DNA of 64,000 nucleotides, from IMG/VR virus record IMGVR_UViG_3300026521_000161, positions 32,001-96,000 of that record; one strand, written 5' to 3'. The DNA is from a virus. Of the stretch, positions 18,757 to 27,309 are shown piece by piece. Made by a program: the position numbers and the translations under genes. Numbering within the stretch: position 1 is the stretch's first letter; each line of letters starts with the position of its first letter. The notes beneath the pieces are model-generated. The model saw only the letters and a program-made list of their open reading frames with translations, was not told the origin of the DNA and did not search any database.

Positions 18757-19710
18757 TTAAAGTATTTCATTTTCGTAAACCTCCTTTAACTGTATTGCTA
18801 GTTCCTTACCTTTAACATTACGTTTATTACTATCAAGTATTTTTCTATATGTAGATTTACTATTAATGCCTTCTAACATAACGTTAATGATAATGGCCAT
18901 AAATGTTGGTAAATGCTCAGCCATAGCTATAGATAGATTTTTACTATCTAAACTAAAGAACCCCCTACCGAGAACCTGTATATATAGATCAGATGTTAAG
19001 CCTTCACCTCTACCTGTAGGGATGATAGTTTTAATGTTGTTAACCATATTAACAATAGTTCTACTTGGTAATACAAACTCTTTCTTACTAAACTCATGAG
19101 TTAATAGACCAAATAGATCTTTCATGCTACCATGTTGTAACTCTTTAATATCTTTTCTGTTAAGTCTCATGATATAATCAGTTAGTTTGTGGCTATCTTC
19201 TACATCATCCATAGTTAACATATGTAACTTAGAAACTATATTAACGTTATCTATAATAGTTCTATCAAACACCATCATAGACGTGGTTGTTGATATGATA
19301 CTACCAAAAGCTTCTACTAGTTGTGGTTTAACATATGGTAACCAATCTGTCTCACCCTCATACATGAGTTTAGTGAAAATCAATCTTTGTAATTGCAGTT
19401 CACCATTATACTTATCTTGTAATTTTTCATGCACAGTAACCATATCGTCTAATTTACTTTTCATATATGGACGCATGTCTAAAGCGATAGCATCATCACC
19501 TCTAACGGTTTTAAATATAAGAGGATGTTGAAAGAGATCAATATCTTTTTCTAAATCATTCTTACCGGTAATAATGATAAGTTTAGTTCTTCCTTCTTTA
19601 AATTCATAAGCTAAGTTATCATTTGTTTTAGCTAGGTAAGAGTTAATACTCGCCTCCAATTTATCCTTGTCTAGGAATGCTCCTAGCGTACCTTCATAAA
19701 TGTCAATCAT
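18757..19710 (-). CDS. Jumbo-phage hypothetical protein
   Basis: 317-aa ORF with AAGGA RBS; no function recognised. Confidence 0.6.
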   Translation of the reverse strand: MIDIYEGTLGAFLDKDKLEASINSYLAKTNDNLAYEFKEGRTKLIIITGKNDLEKDIDLFQHPLIFKTVRGDDAIALDMRPYMKSKLDDMVTVHEKLQDKYNGELQLQRLIFTKLMYEGETDWLPYVKPQLVEAFGSIISTTTSMMVFDRTIIDNVNIVSKLHMLTMDDVEDSHKLTDYIMRLNRKDIKELQHGSMKDLFGLLTHEFSKKEFVLPSRTIVNMVNNIKTIIPTGRGEGLTSDLYIQVLGRGFFSLDSKNLSIAMAEHLPTFMAIIINVMLEGINSKSTYRKILDSNKRNVKGKELAIQLKEVYENEIL

Positions 19711-19767
19711 ATGTATCCTTTATCGATATTTCAAGTTATCTCCTAACTTTTAAGTAAAAAAGAAATA

Positions 19768-19796
19768 CTAAGTTATGGACTATGTCCATAACTTAG
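19768..19796 (-). terminator. Intrinsic terminator after chmA
   Basis: 13-bp stem plus a U-rich tail on the minus strand. Confidence 0.7.
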
Positions 19797-19804
19797 ATCT
19801 TTTG

Positions 19805-21607
19805 TTAACGTCTATATCTGTTGTATGTTGCGTGTGGCGCACTGTAGTGCTGCCTTGCAGTAGACATACCAAAACCAGTAGAACCAACTGACGCAGAAGC
19901 ATATGCAGATGCAATGTTTTGTAGGTTATTAAATTCAGAATATCCGATAGATGGATTATCAGTATCTGGAGTATAACCACCATCCATAGCACGGCTTGTT
20001 AATTCATCGATGAAAGCTCCATCTAAAACAACTCTAACTGCTCTACCAGTAATAACTGGTTTAAGGTTAAGCATTGTAGCAACTTTATCGATAACTTCAA
20101 GTTTTAGTGTATATGGATCTTTACCTGTTGATGACACACAGATGTCCTCTGGTGCATTAGAATAAATCCAATCGATTAATAAGCCAGGATCATTTGTGTG
20201 TTTAGCGATGAACACTGTGTCGATCTCTCTGATGTCTCTAGGATTAGACTCATTATCTAGGAACTCACCTAGTGGAACATACATAGTCGCAGCAGCAACT
20301 GGAATATCAGGCATTTCACTTCCAACAAGATCTGAAGCTGCATTTAAAATATCTTCTGTAGCGAAGCGTCTACTAGCTTTATCAGCTAATGCAGTAAATG
20401 GTCTTAAGTACGGATAATCAGAACCAAACTCTTCAATATCTAAAGCAAAGATAGGCTTTGGAACGATATGCTCTCTGATGATATCGTTAACGATTTCTGG
20501 GCTAGCTTTCTCATCGTTGAACGAAATTTTCTCACCATATTTACGCCCATCACCTTGGTAGTTAAATAGGAAGTTAAGCGGACCAGCATCTTTCTCTACA
20601 ATAAGATTTTTAAGTACACCACGGTTAGTAAACGTTGTAGCATTGATCATAGATAATAACGCATAGTTGATTGTAGGTGCAGCACCAATGAACTCATTAA
20701 GGATGATCATAGGTTCAGCCATACGTTTAAATTTACCTGTATATCTATCTGTATCTTCACTAATGATATACTCGATGTAACCAGCAGTAGTTGTTAACTT
20801 GTTACGACCGCCTTGACCATTTAATCTTCTTGCACTTGTATTTTTAACGATAGATACCTCAACGTTGAAGTCTGTACGTACATTACGACCTAACATGTTG
20901 ATAGAGCTACCTGAGTTAAGACCAAGATCTAAAACTAATCTACCATTTTCAGTTACAGCATCAATAGCATCTACAGTGATGTCACTCTCGATACCAGTGT
21001 CTTTTGCATAGTTAGAAACAATGATATCTTGTGCATATCTAGCGATGATTTCAGCAGTTTGCTCTAATGGAGCACCAGTAGGCATGATAACACCTTCACA
21101 GAATACTAAATCTTCCTCTTTTGTTTCCATAGCACGACATAGTACAGCTGTTGCAGCTTCGAAGAAAATATCATCAAAACCATCTGCAGTAACAAGAACA
21201 TCAGAACTGTTTTTAATGTTAAAGCTTTCAACGATTGTATGTACGTCTAAAGGAGCACGACCAGTAGCTTCTAGTAGTGTAGAGAAGTAATATGTTTTAC
21301 CGTTATCGCCTTTGTAAGCGAATACCAAGTGACTGAACTCGAAATCAAATTTGTTAAGATCCATCTTGATGAACTTGATATCAACTTTTGTATGCTTAAG
21401 TGTTTTTTGCGCTATCTCTAAAAAGCTCTCTAGAATTTCATTGTCTCCATAGTTACCGATAAGTAAACTATCTGCACCAGATAAACCAAGAACATTTAAA
21501 CTTTGTCTTTGTTGTCTTTCTCTTCTTTGTCCAGTTCTTTCAGAACCACCTCTTGTTTCATTTAGGTTTTCTAAACCTTCGTCGAAATTTACTTTTTCGA
21601 ATGCCAT
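19805..21607 (-). CDS. chmA: Chimallin, phage nuclear shell protein
   Basis: 600 aa with collinear matches to remembered chimallin motifs: 'LGRNVRTDFNV', 'KDAGPLNF', 'PKPIFALDIEEFG', 'VPLGEFLD....RDIREID' and 'TGRAVRVVLDGAFIDEL'. Disordered termini and highly-expressed codon usage. Confidence 0.88.
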   Translation of the reverse strand: MAFEKVNFDEGLENLNETRGGSERTGQRRERQQRQSLNVLGLSGADSLLIGNYGDNEILESFLEIAQKTLKHTKVDIKFIKMDLNKFDFEFSHLVFAYKGDNGKTYYFSTLLEATGRAPLDVHTIVESFNIKNSSDVLVTADGFDDIFFEAATAVLCRAMETKEEDLVFCEGVIMPTGAPLEQTAEIIARYAQDIIVSNYAKDTGIESDITVDAIDAVTENGRLVLDLGLNSGSSINMLGRNVRTDFNVEVSIVKNTSARRLNGQGGRNKLTTTAGYIEYIISEDTDRYTGKFKRMAEPMIILNEFIGAAPTINYALLSMINATTFTNRGVLKNLIVEKDAGPLNFLFNYQGDGRKYGEKISFNDEKASPEIVNDIIREHIVPKPIFALDIEEFGSDYPYLRPFTALADKASRRFATEDILNAASDLVGSEMPDIPVAAATMYVPLGEFLDNESNPRDIREIDTVFIAKHTNDPGLLIDWIYSNAPEDICVSSTGKDPYTLKLEVIDKVATMLNLKPVITGRAVRVVLDGAFIDELTSRAMDGGYTPDTDNPSIGYSEFNNLQNIASAYASASVGSTGFGMSTARQHYSAPHATYNRYRR

Positions 21608-21777
21608 AGTATTTCCTTTGTTTTTTATAGATTAGAGCATAAGGCTCTAGTAAATTATATAGGTATAAAATATATACGAACTAAATAACTTAATAGAACC
21701 TGTGCTCCGTGTATATGCATATCTACCGAAGTAGATAAAACATTATGTTCAATATAGTAATATTTTGTAAAAATATA

Positions 21778-21813
21778 TTACTAAGTACTATATGAATAAT
21801 ATGTTGTTAATTA
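21778..21813 (-). promoter_or_regulatory. Early-type promoter motif upstream of chmA
   Basis: Minus strand CATATTATTCATATAGTACTTAGTA; matches the motif seen at five other loci. Confidence 0.5.
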
Positions 21814-21882
21814 TAATTAGAATTAATAAAACATCATATATCAAGTATATTCGTTTTGTTGAAAAAAATTTAAAGGATTTTT

Positions 21883-22953
21883 ATGTTAAGCCTTTTCTAT
21901 AAAAAGAATGATGTAAATTACAGTATGATACACGGACCTAAATTAGAATATATAAGAAATAATATACATAGTATTTTATATATACTAAACTCCTATTATA
22001 AAGATATAAAAGGATATGTACGTAGACCTAACATGTTAGTTAGTTTATTAGAGTCTTTAGATATAGACCCAACACTAGAACCAGATGTTGTTTATGGTAA
22101 TATATCTTCAGATAGTATATACCTAGCGTCTAACTTTAATATTATTAATGGCGTTAAGACAGACGATGTGTTTAATAAGGATACAGTAATCTATAATACT
22201 AAAGAGATATTCATATACAACAACGATAACTTTAATTTCCTAGATGAAAGCATATTAGATATCCCTAGTGTAGAATGTATTTGGTCTAATAACACTGATC
22301 TGTTTTTAACGCACCCTAAAAACTATAAAGGTGGTGTTTATGATTTCGATATGTATGAATACACTATAAATATAGATATGTTAGCTATGCAGTATTATTA
22401 CTGGATGAAAGAACAAAAAACCTTAGAATTAGATTTAGACCCAGCTAGGTTTATACATGATGTAGTTTTAACAAATACTATTAAATCTATATTTAATATA
22501 AACTACATTAACCGCATAATAGCTATAGCTAATGACGAATTTGTTAATCCTTTCACTAACGATAACCCTTTCTTTATTAAAGATATATCTAAAAAGATAG
22601 ACAGTATGATATTATGGTATCTTAAGAATTTAAGAAAAAAGAAAGATCTTTATTATAAAGAGATATTGACTATACTTCCTATATTAACAGGAGGCTCTGT
22701 GTTAGATACGTTAACTCTTTCTGAATTATACCTTAACAGAAGAACTAAATGGGTATACATATTAGCACGCTTAGATATAGTTAACTTTTTATTATATAAT
22801 TTTAAATCTAAAAAAGAGAAACACTACCATAATGATATCATGAGTGATTTTAGCTATATGGTTAAAAATAAATATTTGATTACAAATAACGAAACAATAA
22901 ATAGTGTACTCGAGAAAAAGGAGGATAAATTGAAACAATATTTATTCCTGTAG
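21883..22953 (+). CDS. Jumbo-phage protein divergent from chmA
   Basis: 356-aa ORF with AAGGA RBS. Confidence 0.6.
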   Translation: MLSLFYKKNDVNYSMIHGPKLEYIRNNIHSILYILNSYYKDIKGYVRRPNMLVSLLESLDIDPTLEPDVVYGNISSDSIYLASNFNIINGVKTDDVFNKDTVIYNTKEIFIYNNDNFNFLDESILDIPSVECIWSNNTDLFLTHPKNYKGGVYDFDMYEYTINIDMLAMQYYYWMKEQKTLELDLDPARFIHDVVLTNTIKSIFNINYINRIIAIANDEFVNPFTNDNPFFIKDISKKIDSMILWYLKNLRKKKDLYYKEILTILPILTGGSVLDTLTLSELYLNRRTKWVYILARLDIVNFLLYNFKSKKEKHYHNDIMSDFSYMVKNKYLITNNETINSVLEKKEDKLKQYLFL

Positions 22954-22962
22954 GAGGTTAGC

Positions 22963-23202
22963 ATGGGTGATAGTGTTAAAGGTAACGTAGGTTCATTCGT
23001 ACCAACAACTTGTCTATCAAGGGCTGGTGATGAAACAAAAGCACTTAAAATCATTAGCAATAGTGTAGATGTGTTACTTGTAGAAACTGACGTTATAGAT
23101 TTTAATAAAGAGATAGGTCTACATGAGTTCTCTCGTGGTGCTGCTAGAACATACCTAGCATTAGTAAGAGCTATAGATTATCTTAGAGTAAGAAGAAACT
23201 GA
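22963..23202 (+). CDS. Hypothetical protein
   Basis: 79 aa, AGGAGG RBS, coupled to the next gene (TGATG). Confidence 0.6.
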   Translation: MGDSVKGNVGSFVPTTCLSRAGDETKALKIISNSVDVLLVETDVIDFNKEIGLHEFSRGAARTYLALVRAIDYLRVRRN

Positions 23203-23999
23203 TGGGTGCTATAAGTTACGGTGTTTCTCGCATCATGCGGGAGATACCATCTGAAATTTTACATATGGCTTTCTTAAGAAAATCTACATATTTTAGTGTA
23301 GAAACCTCTTTAGAAAAACAGATAACAGATTTAGTTATAAAAAGTGTAGTGCTTAGGGATACCAATATAGTTGGTGGTATGACTGTCACTATACAATTAG
23401 AGAAATGTAGTTTAACGTATTACGAAAAAAATCCAACACAACACAACTTAGTTATAAAGGTACCATACCTAGCTACCAATGGTAAAAAGATATTATCCCC
23501 ATTATCACTGGTAGCTGATACAGGTGGTAGATCAGGCTATAATAGTTCAGATAACGCTATATTATCCTCTCTTAATAACAAGATGGAACATGATGCCTTC
23601 ATAGGTGAAGGTATAGCAACGTCTAACCTAGAGCTCATAGCCCCTAATACCATTTTAGTCTATGATGAAGTATCTATGGTTGTTAATGGGTATATAAAGG
23701 TACTCATAGAGAACAATGAGAAACTCTCCAACCTATCCCCTAAATCATATCTTAACTTCGGTGAGCTATGTGTATTAGCAGCTAAACAATACATATACAA
23801 TAAACTAGTTATAGATCTAGATAAAGGAGCTCTCTATAGCGGCCATGAGTTAGGTAAGATAGCAGATATCATTAACAGCTATGAATCAGCTACAGATGAA
23901 TACAACACATTCATAAAAGAAAAATGGATGAAGACGTTATTCATAAATGATAAACCAGCTATGTCTAGTTTCATCAAAGCTATGGTTAGGCCTATGTAA
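23202..23999 (+). CDS. Conserved phiKZ-like virion (neck/adaptor-type) protein
   Basis: Motifs 'AISY...IMREIPSEIL', 'DTNIVGG' and 'LCVLAAKQYIYNKL.I.LD.G.LYSG.ELG'. Confidence 0.55.
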   Translation: MGAISYGVSRIMREIPSEILHMAFLRKSTYFSVETSLEKQITDLVIKSVVLRDTNIVGGMTVTIQLEKCSLTYYEKNPTQHNLVIKVPYLATNGKKILSPLSLVADTGGRSGYNSSDNAILSSLNNKMEHDAFIGEGIATSNLELIAPNTILVYDEVSMVVNGYIKVLIENNEKLSNLSPKSYLNFGELCVLAAKQYIYNKLVIDLDKGALYSGHELGKIADIINSYESATDEYNTFIKEKWMKTLFINDKPAMSSFIKAMVRPM

Positions 24000-24015
24000 C
24001 AAACAATAATATAAC

Positions 24016-24045
24016 ATATAGAGTAGGTATCATCCTACTCTATAT
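24016..24045 (+). terminator. Hairpin after 23202-23999
   Basis: ATATAGAGTAGG-TATCAT-CCTACTCTATAT. Confidence 0.5.
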
Positions 24046-24208
24046 ATATATACATCTTTTATCTTATGTTAAGTAACATAGTTACTCTTTATTTAAGAGG
24101 TATAAGTGATATACTATATCACTCTTATATAGGTATTATTAAAACCTCCCTCCTTTAATGGTTCCCTCCTACGAGTAGAATCATCAATATATAAATCTAT
24201 CCTATATA

Positions 24209-24391
24209 TTATTTATATCTAGGTATAACTATAACTGTATCTATATGTTCAACCTCATGCCCAACATCAACAACACCCCTAACAACTACATGATCTTCAT
24301 CTACCATCTCTGTAGTTATCTTCATAACTCTACCACGCATATATAACTTACGTATAGCTTCATCCATCTCTTTTATAACACGTTCCATCAT
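24209..24391 (-). CDS. Small hypothetical protein
   Basis: About 60 aa with AAGGAG RBS. Confidence 0.5.
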   Translation of the reverse strand: MMERVIKEMDEAIRKLYMRGRVMKITTEMVDEDHVVVRGVVDVGHEVEHIDTVIVIPRYK

Positions 24392-24519
24392 AACTCCTTA
24401 TATTATACTTCATAACAACATATATAAGAGTGATATATATATATATACTAACAACATACACATAACATACTCTTCTCTTATTTAAGAAGGTAAGAGTTAA
24501 CATAGTTGGTTAACTCTCA

Positions 24520-24800
24520 TTCTCCCACACCCACCCGTAACGATGTTATCTAAGCCCTCATGATTCACTACGTTCACATGGGACTTAAACTCTCCCCCTC
24601 CTTTCCCCCACTGTTCCTAGTAGTTGCTAGGTCTTGACACATCTGCATACTTCTCTTATAACCCATCCCTTTCCAGAGACAGGTTATAAGATACTCACAT
24701 GTGTAATAAGAGTGGTCGCCATGGTCCGCATGACTAGATATCAGTGATCGCAACTTAACAGGTTATCACTATGGATGGTTTGCTAAGTGATTTAGATATG
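24520..24800 (-). ncRNA. Candidate structured non-coding element
   Basis: GC-rich, ORF-free island with several stems (CTTATAACC/GGTTATAAG, AGTGAT/ATCACT, TAAG.CC.CATG/CATGGG.CTTA). C.A mismatches on + become G-U pairs on -. Confidence 0.3.
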
Positions 24801-24885
24801 ATTATCTTTCTTATTATTTAAATCAATAACATATATGTAACTAAAAAATAAAATATAAATAACTAAGGACATAAGTCCCTAGCTA

Positions 24886-26514
24886 TTAAAGTTCATATGT
24901 TGTTACACCCATTCTATCTATAGTTTTAGTAACTAACTTTATATCTCCTTCTAGAGTCCTAAACAACTGTAACATATCATATATGTAATGTGTGTTTAGA
25001 TTGTTCATAAGGATATCATGTAACTGTTCTATTTGCATATTAGTTAACTCTCCAAAATACTCTATACCAGATATAATACCAGACTTAACCTTTATCTTAA
25101 CATTACTATCAACATCCCCATAAATATCATATATAACCCTAGTGTCTTCATTACTATCTAGTTTCTTAAAGAACACTGATAATAGTTCATGGGGTTTATT
25201 GTCCTCTTTTTTAAGTTTAGGTCTTAAATATGTATCTACAAGTGTATTATGTATATTATTTATACGATCTCGTAAATCATTACTATCAGGATATACCTTC
25301 TTTAATTCATCATGCACATCATGAATATCACTAACATCGCTAGTTAATGTAAAATAACTACCACTAACATCACTCATGAATCTAGCGTATAGTACATTAT
25401 CTATAATTGTGGCTTCTATTATAGAGACAGGTGTGTATTTATCCATAGCCTCAGATATCTCCTTAAAACCTTCAGTAAGTATACTAGTGTATTTTCCTAA
25501 TGGATAATTGGCATCAAGACTATCGCTTGTATCGTTACTCATATGTACCTCTTTAGCATAAATTATAGCCTTACACATCATATCTTTATCAACACCATCT
25601 GTTAAGTCAGAGATATCTGTAGATAATACATACTTCTTACTATAAGATTCATATACTATAGTTAATGTGTTTTCATGTTCCATTATATCATTAACCGTAA
25701 TACTACCACAACACACCGTATCCAACATATCACCAACAGCATCAGATATAGAGACATTAAGTTCTACCTCACCAACTGTCGGGTAGCCTTTGTTAAGTAG
25801 ATACGCCTGCTCTATAAGTAAGAATAAATAATTTATAGTTAAATCATCTATATCTCTGATATCTATAGTATATTCTAGTTTAACTATCTCACCGATGTAT
25901 TTATTTAATTCTATTTCCAATATACCGTGGTTACATAACGCACCATTTACATATTTAAATATACCATCAGTATGTTCTAGATTAATATCTCTAAGAATGC
26001 TGTTAGCTTTTTCATTTGCTTTAATATGGACTATAGCATCACATGTATTTAATGCGATATTATATTTTATGGTATCAGCATCTATGATGTTGCTTAGATT
26101 CCCGAATAGCTCGTTATCTATTTCAGTAACAGATATGAACTTACTATCCTTAGTCTGTACATCTAAAACAATAACCGTACGAGCAATCTTCACTACTACT
26201 ATATCAGCAATGCCTTCACTAATATTTTGTCTAAACTCATCTGTAAGGATCCTACTAACTATATTATCATTAAGTGTTTTAGAGACAATCAGCTCTAATG
26301 TATCATCCTCTTCCGATTCTAAATCACCTATAAGATATTTATAGCTTTCATAATCCGTAACAGACATCGCTTTTATGAAACTTAATGTATTTAAAGTTAT
26401 GTTAACTTCTGTTAATGTTATAGATGTTATTCTATAAGGTACCTCATTCTCTGTTAATAAATCAACAACCTCTTTATAAGATCTGAAAAAATCCGAAACG
26501 TTTCTAGTTACCAT
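24886..26514 (-). CDS. Hypothetical (probably early) protein
   Basis: 542 aa, strong AAGAAGGAG RBS, preceded by the early-type promoter motif. Confidence 0.65.
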   Translation of the reverse strand: MVTRNVSDFFRSYKEVVDLLTENEVPYRITSITLTEVNITLNTLSFIKAMSVTDYESYKYLIGDLESEEDDTLELIVSKTLNDNIVSRILTDEFRQNISEGIADIVVVKIARTVIVLDVQTKDSKFISVTEIDNELFGNLSNIIDADTIKYNIALNTCDAIVHIKANEKANSILRDINLEHTDGIFKYVNGALCNHGILEIELNKYIGEIVKLEYTIDIRDIDDLTINYLFLLIEQAYLLNKGYPTVGEVELNVSISDAVGDMLDTVCCGSITVNDIMEHENTLTIVYESYSKKYVLSTDISDLTDGVDKDMMCKAIIYAKEVHMSNDTSDSLDANYPLGKYTSILTEGFKEISEAMDKYTPVSIIEATIIDNVLYARFMSDVSGSYFTLTSDVSDIHDVHDELKKVYPDSNDLRDRINNIHNTLVDTYLRPKLKKEDNKPHELLSVFFKKLDSNEDTRVIYDIYGDVDSNVKIKVKSGIISGIEYFGELTNMQIEQLHDILMNNLNTHYIYDMLQLFRTLEGDIKLVTKTIDRMGVTTYEL

Positions 26515-26542
26515 AATAACTCCTTCTTTTATTAAAATATAT

Positions 26543-26575
26543 TTAGTATATAACTATACTGTATTAATAATATAT
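26543..26575 (-). promoter_or_regulatory. Early-type promoter plus 5' hairpin
   Basis: Minus strand TATATTATTAATACAGTATAGTTATATACTAA. Confidence 0.55.
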
Positions 26576-27044
26576 AAGTAAAATATATTACATAACATAT
26601 ATTTCGCCTATAATCAATTTTATATATTAACCTATCATTTTATCCTGTAAACATTATTATAGCTTTCTAGCTATATCTATGTTAGTATTAAACACATATA
26701 AACACAATGATAATAAATTAAATAACCAAAACAGCAAAACTGCATTTCATATACCTGTTTGTTATACATACACACGTAGTGTAGTCTTTTATATATACAT
26801 ACTAGTAAGTAACTACGTAGTTATTAGGTATATGATACATATATACTATATAGTAATATTTATACATATAGCTGTATATACTGTATATTATACACCTTAT
26901 ATAGGTATATACATACTATATTTAACTTATATATACCTATACTAGATAGTGTAGTTGTTATTTTTATCAACTACACTATTAATTGAGTATTATTATTATA
27001 GAGCTATAAAGGGGACTTTGTCCCCTTTATAGCGATATATAGTA

Positions 27045-27190
27045 AGTGAGTGTAGCTCTGTGCTGCTCTGTTTCTTTTATCCGCTCACGTTTCGCCTTTG
27101 GGGGCTACACGACCGCTCCGATTAGTCCTCTCCCCCCAGAAAATGTCTGGGTCATGGATCGAGGTTGTGACTTTATTATGGTCACAGTTG
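27045..27190 (+). ncRNA. Candidate structured RNA or cis element upstream of the helicase
   Basis: GC-rich island with stems GTGTAGCTCT/GGGGCTACAC (G-U pairs on +), CCCAGA/TCTGGG and TGTGAC/GTCACA. Confidence 0.3.
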
Positions 27191-27309
27191 TCATCGTTAG
27201 ATAATTAATTATTTTAATCAATATATAAATATTTATCTATTATTAGATATTTACTAATTACAGGTATACCATTAGTTAGAATGAATATAGACAGTTAAAG
27301 GAAACAATA

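Noticed and set aside
19805-21607. Major capsid protein call for the 600-aa gene
   Set aside because: Motifs match chimallin, and no G/A-x-E processed propeptide is evident.
26679-26945. 88-aa Tyr/Ile-rich ORF
   Set aside because: Arises from TA-repeat low-complexity DNA and has no RBS.
24000-27300. CRISPR array or tRNA genes in the large intergenic gaps
   Set aside because: No regularly spaced direct repeats, and no cloverleaf with a T-loop GTTCRA was found by eye.
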